A DNA stretch of 64,000 nucleotides from an uncultured archaeon (GTDB lineage Archaea > Altiarchaeota > Altiarchaeia > JAFGQM01): contig CAZUDQ010000001.1 in assembly GCA_964619365.1 (NCBI GenBank), positions 50,929-114,928 on the forward strand, in the 5' to 3' direction. Shown here piece after piece: positions 28,325 through 37,792 of this stretch (position 1 is the stretch's first letter; every line of letters begins with the position of its first letter). Position numbers and translations under genes: made by a program. The notes beneath the pieces were generated by a model. That model searched no databases. It was not told the DNA's origin and saw only the letters and a program-made list of their open reading frames with translations.

Positions 28325-28837
28325 TTATTTAAGGAGGCTTACTGTCACTTTGCCTGTAGAGTCTTTTACCGCCTTTACCTGAACTTTTCGCGGAGGTCTT
28401 TCGTTTCCGTGTGCCCAGATATGCTGGTTAAGCTCTGATGAGATTTTAACGTTCTCTTCAGTTGCTTTGGTGTGGCGGCAGATAAATGTCACTAGTGTTG
28501 CCACTGCTTTATTTGTCCTGCGGTAGCAGGGCTTTGTGTGATACACTTTGCGCAAAGGGATAATATATACAGTCTCAGAGACTATATCTACTTTTTCGCC
28601 TTTTTTATCTTCCTTTTTAGACTCTTTTTTTGTCTCAGCCTTAACATCTGCTGCCTTTGGGGACTCTTTTTTCTCCTTAGAATCCTCAGAAGACTTTTCT
28701 TCTGTCTTGGTTTTGACTTTCTCTTTGACAGGCTTTGTCTCGATAATTTTCTCGACAGGTGCTTCTTCTGCCTTTTTTACCTGTTCTTCCTTTGTGACGG
28801 GGGAAGCTGCCTTTTCTTTCTTAACTTTTTCAGCCAT
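28325..28837 (-). CDS. rpl31e: 50S ribosomal protein L31e with ~80-aa Lys/Glu-rich N-terminal extension
   Basis: C-terminal E.VYIIPLR...R..KAV...F..RH.K...VKIS.ELN..IW..G...PP.KV.V. Confidence 0.9.
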   Translation of the reverse strand: MAEKVKKEKAASPVTKEEQVKKAEEAPVEKIIETKPVKEKVKTKTEEKSSEDSKEKKESPKAADVKAETKKESKKEDKKGEKVDIVSETVYIIPLRKVYHTKPCYRRTNKAVATLVTFICRHTKATEENVKISSELNQHIWAHGNERPPRKVQVKAVKDSTGKVTVSLLK

Positions 28838-28850
28838 TTTTTTAATTCAA

Positions 28851-29006
28851 CTAAAATATGTTGTCTCCTCTCCAGCTTCTCCTACTCCTTGGGGACCAGC
28901 GCACCTTTCTGTTTGTCTTGGGGAATACCCAGACTGGAGCACGACTTGCCTCCTTGTGCGCCTTTTCAAGGGCGTTTTTACTTTCTTGATCTTTTCTTGA
29001 GCTCAT
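28851..29006 (-). CDS. rpl39e: 50S ribosomal protein L39e
   Basis: Manual translation MSSRKDQESKNALEKAHKEASRAPVWVFPKTNRKVRWSPRSRRSWRGDNIF (51 aa); lies between PDCD5 and L31e. Confidence 0.88.
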   Translation of the reverse strand: MSSRKDQESKNALEKAHKEASRAPVWVFPKTNRKVRWSPRSRRSWRGDNIF

Positions 29007-29020
29007 TGTAGTTATTATTC

Positions 29021-29353
29021 TTATATTCTTTTAATCGTCGTCTCGTGTTTTGACCCTGACAAGCGCACAAGGATTTCCTTAAGCTGCGCATCATCCATCT
29101 GTTTTATTTGACCTGATGAATACATTTGAGCCAAATATAGTTTTAGTTTTTGCACGAGTTCTGGTTGGACGAGCCTTAGATTATCAAGTCTGTCTTGTGC
29201 CTCCTTAGAAAGGAAACGCCTGACAATCAAGTCAATCTGAGTAAGTGCGGCATTCATCTGGGCGCGCTGTTCAAACTCCTGGTTGTCGGCCATCTGGCGA
29301 CGTGCCTGGAGTTCTGCAAGTTTTCTTGCCCGTAATGCCTCAAGCTCATCCAT
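29021..29353 (-). CDS. PDCD5-like DNA-binding protein
   Basis: MDELEALRARKLAEL, L..EA..RL.NL.LV.PE, D.QLKEIL, TIKR; conserved position after eS19. Confidence 0.9.
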   Translation of the reverse strand: MDELEALRARKLAELQARRQMADNQEFEQRAQMNAALTQIDLIVRRFLSKEAQDRLDNLRLVQPELVQKLKLYLAQMYSSGQIKQMDDAQLKEILVRLSGSKHETTIKRI

Positions 29354-29384
29354 TGTTTTTTCGACGCTTATGTTATTAGCTTTT

Positions 29385-29801
29385 TTAAGCTCCTTTCACT
29401 TTGTAGGACATAGCATCAAGGAACTTCATTCCCTCAGCCGTAATCTCCCTACCGTCACTGTCTTTTGCTTTCTTCACATAACCGCATTCTTCGAGCTGTT
29501 GGCATGCGAGCCTGATAATTTTTCCTCCTGCAACATAGGATCTCTCGCATCTGACACCACGGTTCTTTTTTGCGCGGTATTCTTTTCTTAGTCTTGAGAC
29601 GCCTATTGGTCCCTTGACATAAATCTTTCTAAGGATTGAAGCCTCCCTGACATACCACCAATCGGGGTCTTCAGGCGGTCTTTCCTTGGAAACACCAGTT
29701 TTGACAAATTCTGTCCACTCTGGCGCTTTCACTTTGCCTTTTAATTCCTTTGATGCGGCACCAATCAGTGCTCCGGCATCAACATCGTATACTGTTGTCA
29801 T
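29385..29801 (-). CDS. rps19e: 30S ribosomal protein S19e
   Basis: MTTVYDV, PEW..FVKTG..KERPP...DWWY.R.ASILRK.Y..GPIGV, GR.IT..G..FLD; start taken as ATG 29801. Confidence 0.96.
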   Translation of the reverse strand: MTTVYDVDAGALIGAASKELKGKVKAPEWTEFVKTGVSKERPPEDPDWWYVREASILRKIYVKGPIGVSRLRKEYRAKKNRGVRCERSYVAGGKIIRLACQQLEECGYVKKAKDSDGREITAEGMKFLDAMSYKVKGA

Positions 29802-29886
29802 TATCGTTCGCAAAAATATTCGCGTTAGAATCGGACCTTGCGGCCCAAAGTGGCTGGAATAAATCCAACCTACTGATTTTGCGGGC
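29802..29886 (-). promoter_or_regulatory. Structured 5' leader of the eS19 operon (candidate ribosomal leader)
   Basis: Minus strand CGCAAAA/TTTTGCG outer stem enclosing GGTTGGA-TTTAT-TCCAGCC and GGGCC-GCAA-GGTCC hairpins; TTTTTATA at 29904-29911. Confidence 0.5.
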
Positions 29887-29913
29887 TTATTTGCACTATA
29901 GGGTATAAAAAGC

Positions 29914-31188
29914 TTAGAAATCCCCAATGCGCATCTGCCTGAGAATCGATGACATCCTTAAGTACTTTTGCATTGGAACGCGCGAGCGTCTGGCAATCCA
30001 TGCAAGAGCCTCGTTTCTAGTCTGGAATTTTTCGGGAGGGTTTTTCATTGCCTGGCGAACATTCTCACGAACTTCCCAGACGCCAACTGGAATTACGTAG
30101 CCTTCATTAATTTCTCTAAATGAGATTACTCTGGCTTGCCTTCTCATGTGATATAATCCTTCAACGATTCCCATGCGCGCGGCATAATATCCACCACCTT
30201 CTTTTTGCGCATAGTCACTTCGCCCTTCGTGTGGTTCGCCCTCTAGTTGAACAACTGGTTTACTCTCGGTTAGAGTCCACAGGGTCTTTGGAGCCCATGC
30301 CTCAAAGTTCTCAAACTCCCATGCCCCTGGCATGACGAGTATATGAAATGAATTATCAAGATATTCGTTTGAATAGACCCGGAACTCATTTATCTCGGGA
30401 AATTCACGAATCTCTTTTAGGAGATTTTTTGCTATCATGTCATCAGTTGCCGTGATACTCCAGCGTGTCGGAACCATCTTTTTGGCATCAGTCATCCCAA
30501 GGGCTCCTGATGAGAGTATCTTTGAAAGATAATAGACGTCATACCCGCGGTCGTATAATGTTGTTGCCCCTTCTGTTGCACGAATCTCATCGTTTACAAC
30601 ATAGTCGACAATCTTTGGTATCTTTGTGTTCTCGGTTATCTGGAATTTCTCAAGAACGCCTGTTGGCCCCATGGGCTGCTCCATTGAGTTAAAGGACATT
30701 TTAAACCTTGGAGAATTCTTAAAATGCAGTTCTACGTCAGCCGGTTTGACTGCTAGAGCAAGTTCGCGGGAATCAGATACTATCCTTGAATCAGATTTTA
30801 CGTTTTCGACTTTCCTTGAGCGGACAAGATTCATTCGCATCGCAATTATCTCATCAAAGTCCTTGCCATACCACTTTGACGGGTCATCAAGCATGCGCGG
30901 GTCGTCGCTGTCGATTGCAGACATCGGTCCAACAGTGACTTTTGGGTAACCAAAATGCCCGACAAATATAGAAGGTGGTGACGGACCAAACATGTCACGT
31001 GAAAGCTTCTTTTTTTCATCTGGCGCAGTTATCCGTGATATCTTTTGCATTAAGGGGCAATAGCTTCTGCCACAAAGCATGCGCGCACCTTTGCAGATAA
31101 GACAAAGGCTCGTACCATCGCTTTCAGCTCTTTTTAGGGCAGCTGTTATCTCGCATTTCATGCCCTTCTTTTTACCCCCTTCTGGCAT
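29914..31188 (-). CDS. nreA: Nre family DNA repair protein
   Basis: LCLICKG.R.LCG...CP zinc motif, SPPSIFVG..GYPKV, VPTRWSITA.D, GGYYA.R, PVGVW.VRE, C-terminal PIP-like QMRIGDF. Confidence 0.92.
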   Translation of the reverse strand: MPEGGKKKGMKCEITAALKRAESDGTSLCLICKGARMLCGRSYCPLMQKISRITAPDEKKKLSRDMFGPSPPSIFVGHFGYPKVTVGPMSAIDSDDPRMLDDPSKWYGKDFDEIIAMRMNLVRSRKVENVKSDSRIVSDSRELALAVKPADVELHFKNSPRFKMSFNSMEQPMGPTGVLEKFQITENTKIPKIVDYVVNDEIRATEGATTLYDRGYDVYYLSKILSSGALGMTDAKKMVPTRWSITATDDMIAKNLLKEIREFPEINEFRVYSNEYLDNSFHILVMPGAWEFENFEAWAPKTLWTLTESKPVVQLEGEPHEGRSDYAQKEGGGYYAARMGIVEGLYHMRRQARVISFREINEGYVIPVGVWEVRENVRQAMKNPPEKFQTRNEALAWIARRSRVPMQKYLRMSSILRQMRIGDF

Positions 31189-31253
31189 TGTTTATTTTGT
31201 TATAATATTGAGATAAAGGCTTTTTAGACGCGCTTGCCTAAAACTAGAGAAAA

Positions 31254-32093
31254 ATGGAAGACTTCATACTCGCGCCATTCACGCTGGCAATGAAAAAAGG
31301 AGGGCTCATTTTGATTGCCGCCCTGCCCATAATCTTCCTTCTGGCGTGCACTGGTGTGACAGATGTTCTTGACGGCTCCTGGTCTCCTGCTACAATAGAT
31401 GGGCTATTATCGGACGAAATGGAGTTTTCAGCAACAAATATAAGTGTTTACGATTCATTCTCAACAAACATACAACTGCCTCTTATCCGTCTTGGGGGAA
31501 TTGCTGGAAAGACAGATATTCGCGCAATATATAACCCCGACTTTGGCGACCGGACTGACTTTTTGGTGATATTTGCCACACTCATTATTGCTTTTTTGTC
31601 TTATTCTATGATTGCTCGCTCCATTGCGAGAAAATACAGGAAAGCAAAGGGATCGCTTATTCGCGGAATCAACCCTGCAACAATCATTCTTTCAATAATT
31701 GGTGCATTTTTGATGCTTTTTATTGCTTCTTTTACCTTTGCCGGGTTTAGTCTTATGATAGTGATAATTTTTGGTGTCTACTTTACTTTTGCAATACCCT
31801 ACGCTGCAACTGGACGCGCTCTTGGTGAAAGCCTCTTTTTAGGCTGGCGATTCTTTTCAACTCACCTTGGCAGGACTGTAGGTTGTTATGTCGCGTCAAT
31901 GGGTGTTGCGATAATGGCACCAATTGCTCTTCTTATTTTCATAAACCCGCTTCTTGCCAATATCTCGTCTCCAACCGTAGCAATACTCCTTAGCGCTTTT
32001 GTCGCACTTGTCTCAATAGTATTTGCTCTCTTCTATCAAATGGCACTTTGCGCAACAGCTCTTTTTGCAGATGATGATGAAGTCGCTGTCTAA
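31254..32093 (+). CDS. Hypothetical multi-pass membrane protein
   Basis: 279-aa ORF with about 6 hydrophobic helices. Confidence 0.7.
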   Translation: MEDFILAPFTLAMKKGGLILIAALPIIFLLACTGVTDVLDGSWSPATIDGLLSDEMEFSATNISVYDSFSTNIQLPLIRLGGIAGKTDIRAIYNPDFGDRTDFLVIFATLIIAFLSYSMIARSIARKYRKAKGSLIRGINPATIILSIIGAFLMLFIASFTFAGFSLMIVIIFGVYFTFAIPYAATGRALGESLFLGWRFFSTHLGRTVGCYVASMGVAIMAPIALLIFINPLLANISSPTVAILLSAFVALVSIVFALFYQMALCATALFADDDEVAV

Positions 32094-32105
32094 AGAATAT
32101 TGGGA

Positions 32106-32750
32106 CTACTTCTTTTTCGCGGGCTTTTTGACAAGAGCTTTTTTGATATCTTTTCTGGGAATAAGGTTCTGCATTAAAAGCATTCCCATTGTTGATGCGA
32201 CAACATAGGCTATTATAAATGAGAATGGCATTACAAGCAGGAAGTTTGTAAGAAGGAAACTTGTCCCGACTCCGAATAGAACAAAGATTATAGCAAGTAT
32301 TGCAAAGCAGCCTATTACTTCACACATCATCGTCAGATTAAGCATAAGTGAATCCCTGAGATCCATTTTGCATTCCCCCCGGATTATTATTGCAGATATC
32401 ATTCCCCCAAAGAAGGCGAGTAAGAATACTACAAGAAAGGGACAGACAACAGTGCTCGCATCAACTGGCGTTGATATTCCAAGGGCAATAAGCATGAAAA
32501 TAAACATCAGGAGTATTGCAAAAAGTATCACAGGGGCATCTTTTAAGAGATCTTTTCTGAGGTAAGGGAGCATCAAAAACTCAAGGGCAAGAAACGGCAT
32601 CCACATAACAAGATACGCCCACATGAGTATTGTTCCCGGTAAGAATATCTCAAAAACGCCAAATAGTATTGCAGCGATAAGTGCCCACATCGCAAGTGTT
32701 GCAGAGTCTTTTCTTACTTTTTCCACGAGGAGTTGACAAATTGCCGCCAT
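32106..32750 (-). CDS. Hypothetical multi-pass membrane protein
   Basis: 214-aa ORF with about 6 TM helices and a Lys-rich tail. Confidence 0.7.
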   Translation of the reverse strand: MAAICQLLVEKVRKDSATLAMWALIAAILFGVFEIFLPGTILMWAYLVMWMPFLALEFLMLPYLRKDLLKDAPVILFAILLMFIFMLIALGISTPVDASTVVCPFLVVFLLAFFGGMISAIIIRGECKMDLRDSLMLNLTMMCEVIGCFAILAIIFVLFGVGTSFLLTNFLLVMPFSFIIAYVVASTMGMLLMQNLIPRKDIKKALVKKPAKKK

Positions 32751-32809
32751 TTTATATATAATAGATTAACTGTCTTCCTATAAAAAGGTTTTTGCAAAAC
32801 TTGTTTCAC

Positions 32810-33124
32810 TTATTTTTTGAGTAGGGGGTATCGCCTAATTTCCCCGCAAAGAAGACATTCGACTACCTGATACCCATCCTCGCACCGTATTCTTGCGGTT
32901 TTTCCTGACATCATAAAATTCTTGCATTTTCTGCAAAAAAGTACTTTTTGAGCTTTTGTAATACTTATTTTGAATTTTGTCTTTATCGCCCACATTACAT
33001 CAAGATAATATTTTGCCTGAGTATAATCTCCAGTTATTGCAGCTTTTTCTGCAAGCTTAAAGAGTATTTCTATTCGCTCTTCTGCGATGACATGAGTCTC
33101 TTTTTTCTTTTTTGCGCGATTCAC
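32810..33124 (-). CDS. rnp4: Ribonuclease P protein component 4 (Rpp21)
   Basis: IA.ERI.IL...A, FCRKC......G....R, CLLCG..RRYP. Confidence 0.92.
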   Translation of the reverse strand: MNRAKKKKETHVIAEERIEILFKLAEKAAITGDYTQAKYYLDVMWAIKTKFKISITKAQKVLFCRKCKNFMMSGKTARIRCEDGYQVVECLLCGEIRRYPLLKK

Positions 33125-33495
33125 TTTTTTGATGCTTTCTCGTAAGCGACTATTATCCGTTCTACTATATCTGGAATGCTTAAATAATCCTTTCCTAATG
33201 AAACTGTCATTTTTGCTCTTTTTGATATTTCCAGGGGGAGATTTTTATGTTCTTTAAAGCCTCCTACAACAAGAACGACATCCCTGCCGAATTTTGATAT
33301 CATGCTTCCTGTTGTCTCGTTTCCATCTGGAGAGAATGCTACCAACGTTCCTTCAAGACAATCAAGAAGCTCTTCTAAATCCTCACCTTTCTTGTGTATA
33401 ATAAAATTAAGGCCTGTTGCGTGGCACATATTTTCAACATCTGTTAGTTCTTTTCTTAAACTTGAATCAGTCTCCACAAGAAGCAAGGTCACCAT
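33121..33495 (-). CDS. Small SPOUT-fold-like protein
   Basis: VAFSPDG, VVLVVGGF, VSLG...L resemble the SPOUT SAM-binding knot; family not assigned. Confidence 0.45.
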   Translation of the reverse strand: MVTLLLVETDSSLRKELTDVENMCHATGLNFIIHKKGEDLEELLDCLEGTLVAFSPDGNETTGSMISKFGRDVVLVVGGFKEHKNLPLEISKRAKMTVSLGKDYLSIPDIVERIIVAYEKASKK

Positions 33496-33534
33496 TTTTG
33501 TTAATTATAGTTTGTTTTTTGTTTTTAAGAAAAG

Positions 33535-36291
33535 TTATTTCTTCCAGAAGCGGCTTGTGCGAACAAATTCGCGCTCCTCTCTAAGGACTTCCTTATAGAA
33601 AGCATCATCATCAAGATCCAGTTCAAGTACGCGGGCTGCTGCGCGTGGTCCAACGCCTCTTGCGTTTAATGCAAGAAGGGCTCGCTTGCCATATGTGTGT
33701 ATCAAGCCTGCAGACTGATTTGCGCGGGACAAAAAATTTGTCTCAGATTTTTTCAACGGAAGATTTTTAATGGATTTTTTGACAATATCTGAAAGCTCGT
33801 CTTCAGTCCTACCCATAGACGCAATCATCCAGGACTCGCACGCCGGACATTTTAATGGGAATTCGAGCTTGTCGATTGAACGATTCCGCATAACTTGGGC
33901 GCAATGAAGACAGACAAAATTTAGTTTTCTTGAATCAAGACGCTTTTTTACAGTTTCGACTATCGCGCGCTCTGGGGTTTCGGCTGCAACTGCATCCCGG
34001 AAGGCTTCAAGGCCAAACTGCGAAAGGGGCGTTAAGTCCTGGATTGCAACTTCAATATCCCCTTTTAGTATTCCTTTTAGAGCTTTTCTTGAGTTTGGCA
34101 AGTCAAATCTCTTTGAGAAGCATTCAGACAAGGCTTCCTCATAAACCGGCGTTCCGGCATATGCATCAATAACGCGACGGATGTTTATCTCGCGAAAATT
34201 GATATTGTCTTTAAAGACGCCAAATCTTTTTCCGACATGTGCAAAGGAGAATGAAAAGAGACTTGTTTTTATGACTGCGTCTTTTAGCTTTGATGTGATG
34301 CTTCTGTTTGCAAGGATAAAGAGTGCGTCTTCAACATCTTTTTCTTCGAGTTCAAGAGCGCTGAAAGTTATTCTGTATGCATCTGCGTTTATCCCAACGC
34401 CTTCCCCAAGTTTTCTTGAAAGCATCGCTGCAAGAACACGACCTATCGTATCATTGACGCGCGTTCCAAAACAAGTATTCATAACCACATTATTGTAATT
34501 ATCTGCAAAGCGCTCAATTGTTATTGTCTTGTCGTCAGGAACCACACCTCTTGTTAGTTGAAGGGCTATTGTTTTTGCGACTTCTTTGGCGCCCCCATAT
34601 TCAAGAGGCAAAACATATTTTTTAGCATCTTTTGAAAGTTCCTTAGCGCAGGTATTTACATTTCCCGTGGAATCAATGATATTAGCTGCCTTGCGGCGCA
34701 TTTCACCGACTTCCTGAGCAACTTCATAGGGAACAGGGAGTTCTTCTCCGACCCACGCAGGAGTCTCACTGCCCATATCTGAAACCGGGGTTACCATAAC
34801 GACTTTATCACGGAAATCAGCAATCCTCCAGGCACGTCCAGAAAGGATAAATATTGAGCCTACATTACATTCTATTACATATTCTTCGTCAAGCGCGCCA
34901 ATTGGTTTGTGTGAAGCTATGTCTATTACAATAAAACGATTATGTGTTGGTATTGTTGAAAGATTGCCATAATAATAAAACAAAGTATTTCTGCGGCGGG
35001 AAATATTCTTTTCATCCCAGCCGACAAGGCGCAAACGCTTTAATGTGTCGAGTACTGAGTCAAATGTATCGGCGGAAAGATCTCGGTAGGGGTAAGCTTT
35101 CTTTATGATAAGGTAGGCCTGTTCTGGCGTTAAGTCCCCAAAATCCATGCAAAGCCCTGCAATCTGGTGGGCGAGTACATCAAGGCTTTCTTTGTAGAAC
35201 TCAGTTTCTTCTATCTCACCGGAAAGCGCGCGCTTTGCAACAACCGCGGCTTCCAGTATGTCATCAAATTCTGTTGTGAGAACAACGCCTTTTGAGGTTT
35301 TTTCTCTTGAGTGCCCGCTTCGTCCGACGCGCTGCAATAATCGTGAAGCTTGCCTGGGTGAAGTCACCTGAACTACTTTGTCAATATCTCCAACATCTAT
35401 TCCAAGCTCCATTGAAGACGTGCAGACCAGGGTCCGTATCTTTCCTGAACGAAGTTTTTCTTCTGTTGCAAGACGCTCTTCTTTTGAAAGTGAGGAATGA
35501 TGCACTCCAAGGTCTTCTTTGCCACCAAGTTTTTGCGTTAAGGATTCACTTGAAACGCGCGTATTTGTAAAGACTAGGGTTTGACCCTTCCCCGTTTCTT
35601 TTTTTACAGCCTCGTGGATTGGGAGAGTCGGCTTTTTTACAATTATATCCATATCCCGCGTGCTTGAATCAATGACAATTTCATCAAGCTTATAGTAATC
35701 GGCAACTATCTGTGGCGAGCCGACTGTAGCAGAGAGGCATACTGTCTGGAATTTTCCGGAAAGCGCGCGCAGGCGCTCAAGGCCAAGAGCTAATTGTATT
35801 CCACGTTTATCTGAAATAAGTTCGTGGACTTCGTCTATTATGACATATGAAACTGAGGCGAGATGAGTCCTCATGATTTTTGCAGGAAGCACGGCCTGAA
35901 GGGTTTCAGGGGTTGTTATCATTATCTGCGGCGGGTTTTTTCTTTGCTTACCTCTTTGGTATTGGCTTGTATCGCCATGGCGTACTTCGACGCGAAGCCC
36001 GAGTTCCTCGCACCAGGATTCCATCCTCCCAAGCATGTCTCTGTTTAAGGAGCGAAGGGGAGCTATATACAGTGCAAGAATCCCTTTTTCGCCCTCGCGG
36101 TGGCGCCTAAGGACTGACTCAAGAACTGGGAGAAATGCAGACTCTGTCTTGCCACTTCCAGTCGGCGCTATAACAAAAGTGTTTTTCCCTGCCATGACTT
36201 TTGGCATAGCTTTTTTTTGAATCTCGGTAAGACCTGGGAAGCTGGATTTTATGATGCCTGCAAGCTCCGCTGAAAACTCCGTTATCTGCAT
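33535..36291 (-). CDS. lhr: Lhr-like SF2 helicase
   Basis: APTGSGKT, PLRSLNRD, RHGDT, TTPETL, DEVH, LSAT, HHSSLS, TSSMELGIDVG, QRVGRSGH; C-terminal zinc motifs and ARGVGP. Confidence 0.95.
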   Translation of the reverse strand: MQITEFSAELAGIIKSSFPGLTEIQKKAMPKVMAGKNTFVIAPTGSGKTESAFLPVLESVLRRHREGEKGILALYIAPLRSLNRDMLGRMESWCEELGLRVEVRHGDTSQYQRGKQRKNPPQIMITTPETLQAVLPAKIMRTHLASVSYVIIDEVHELISDKRGIQLALGLERLRALSGKFQTVCLSATVGSPQIVADYYKLDEIVIDSSTRDMDIIVKKPTLPIHEAVKKETGKGQTLVFTNTRVSSESLTQKLGGKEDLGVHHSSLSKEERLATEEKLRSGKIRTLVCTSSMELGIDVGDIDKVVQVTSPRQASRLLQRVGRSGHSREKTSKGVVLTTEFDDILEAAVVAKRALSGEIEETEFYKESLDVLAHQIAGLCMDFGDLTPEQAYLIIKKAYPYRDLSADTFDSVLDTLKRLRLVGWDEKNISRRRNTLFYYYGNLSTIPTHNRFIVIDIASHKPIGALDEEYVIECNVGSIFILSGRAWRIADFRDKVVMVTPVSDMGSETPAWVGEELPVPYEVAQEVGEMRRKAANIIDSTGNVNTCAKELSKDAKKYVLPLEYGGAKEVAKTIALQLTRGVVPDDKTITIERFADNYNNVVMNTCFGTRVNDTIGRVLAAMLSRKLGEGVGINADAYRITFSALELEEKDVEDALFILANRSITSKLKDAVIKTSLFSFSFAHVGKRFGVFKDNINFREINIRRVIDAYAGTPVYEEALSECFSKRFDLPNSRKALKGILKGDIEVAIQDLTPLSQFGLEAFRDAVAAETPERAIVETVKKRLDSRKLNFVCLHCAQVMRNRSIDKLEFPLKCPACESWMIASMGRTEDELSDIVKKSIKNLPLKKSETNFLSRANQSAGLIHTYGKRALLALNARGVGPRAAARVLELDLDDDAFYKEVLREEREFVRTSRFWKK

Positions 36292-36383
36292 ACTTATTTA
36301 CTCTTGTAGAGAACGCTACAAGGAGCTTGTTTTGAAGCTAAAAGGATAAAAGGGCTTTTAACTCTTTGATAAATAATTATCCT

Positions 36384-37769
36384 ATGGAGAAGAGTCCGCT
36401 TAGGGTCCCGGTTGTAAGTCTGGATATCCCTGGAAGTGAAACTCTGGAAAGTGAACTTCATTCTCGGAACTTATCTGAATTCCGTCGCGACTATGGTCCG
36501 CCATTTGCCTGGGAAATGTCTAAGTGTCCGCCTAAAATCATAAATAAAGTTCATAAAAATCTTAAAGGAAGCTTTAATTCGTCGCTTGAACCTAACGGAC
36601 ATCATGTCAGGGAACTGGTCAAGTCTGCCACAGGGCCCGGAAGGTTTGAACCGCGAGAGTTGCCGAAACTTGCAAAAGATTTAAAAGAGTTAGTCACTGT
36701 GATGTCGCAAAATGGGAATACCCCCGTAGTCAAAAATGTCAATATGCTTGGTACATATCTAAGGGAAGGTGAGTTTGAATCTCACGAACTTAAGAAAATA
36801 TTGCCAATAGCAATAGAAACTGCAAGAAAGGGCCATGATCCTGGAGCATTTATAGAATGTAGCAGGACAGGCATCGTGTACAATAGGTTTTCAAAAAGAT
36901 ACTTAAAGAAAAATCTTGAAGACTTAAACAAGCTCCTTGAGGGGACGAGGAGCAATAGAGATTCTGAACCTATAGCTCATTATTCTGAACCCATAGCTCA
37001 TCGTGTATCTAAGGGGTTATGGAAAGGTTATGTGGATTCGCGCACGATAGGAATCATCACTCCCCATGCCATCGAGTCTGTAAAGGATGGACGAGATTCT
37101 GGCCCCATGTTTTCTGCAGTAGAAAACTTGCCTACTGGGGAGAGAGAAAGACATCTTAAATCCATCCTTGATGAAAACCAAAAACTCGTCAAAGAGACTG
37201 TGAAAGCCGGCTTCCCTGCTGACTACATTCGTGGGGAACTGCTAAAAGGTATGGGAAATGGTGTCATAGGAGGGTATGAACAAAAACTCTTTGCTCCAAT
37301 AGTACTTGCAGCTGCCAAAAAGAAGATGGATGTACATGACTGTGTAGAGTACTATGGGAAATTTGTTGCTGAGAGAAAAATGAAAAGGTATCATTTAAAA
37401 CATCTGGCTCCGCTCCTTATGACAGAAGTTAAAGAGGGCAGGCCTCCAGTTCGCCTTTTATATCATGTTGGTGAGATGGTAAACGAAGAGAACTTTAAGG
37501 GTACGAACTTCCAGGAAAAGATGAAGTTATACCAACAAATGTCTAAGAAATTAGATGTCCCAGATAAGTTTGAGGCTAGCAAGGTTTTCGACCACGGCCT
37601 CATGGCAAAAGGCGTCTCCAATAAGAAGGTTTTGGAATACCAAAGAATCCTGATGAGGCGCGGTGAGTTCCCGACAAAAGGGCTTATTGAAAAGATGCAT
37701 AAAGTGGAGCTAAGCCAAAACCGGAAAAAGTCTAACTTAAAGCGTAAACGTGCAAGAAAACGACTTTAA
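36384..37769 (+). CDS. Basic ~38-aa helical-repeat protein, paralog 1
   Basis: Repeats such as LPIAIETARKGHDP, ETVKAGFP, LAPLLMTEVKEGRPP; C-terminal YQRILMRRGEFPTKGLIEKMH and an Arg/Lys tail. Start is ATG 36384 or TTG 36366. Confidence 0.78.
   Translation: MEKSPLRVPVVSLDIPGSETLESELHSRNLSEFRRDYGPPFAWEMSKCPPKIINKVHKNLKGSFNSSLEPNGHHVRELVKSATGPGRFEPRELPKLAKDLKELVTVMSQNGNTPVVKNVNMLGTYLREGEFESHELKKILPIAIETARKGHDPGAFIECSRTGIVYNRFSKRYLKKNLEDLNKLLEGTRSNRDSEPIAHYSEPIAHRVSKGLWKGYVDSRTIGIITPHAIESVKDGRDSGPMFSAVENLPTGERERHLKSILDENQKLVKETVKAGFPADYIRGELLKGMGNGVIGGYEQKLFAPIVLAAAKKKMDVHDCVEYYGKFVAERKMKRYHLKHLAPLLMTEVKEGRPPVRLLYHVGEMVNEENFKGTNFQEKMKLYQQMSKKLDVPDKFEASKVFDHGLMAKGVSNKKVLEYQRILMRRGEFPTKGLIEKMHKVELSQNRKKSNLKRKRARKRL
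36961..37002 (+). repeat. In-frame 21-nt tandem duplication (SEPIAHY-SEPIAHR)
   Basis: ATTCTGAACCTATAGCTCATT followed by ATTCTGAACCCATAGCTCATC, 19/21 identical. Confidence 0.85.
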
Positions 37770-37792
37770 TCCTTTAGTGCTTAAATTAAAAT

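Noticed and set aside
28538-29011. Plus-strand 150-157-aa Phe/Ser/Leu-rich ORFs
   Set aside because: Antisense shadows of the Lys/Glu-rich rpl31e and of rpl39e.
29802-29927. 42-aa N-terminal extension of eS19 in the ORF track
   Set aside because: The canonical MTTVYDV start is at 29801; the region contains a promoter and structured leader and overlaps nreA.
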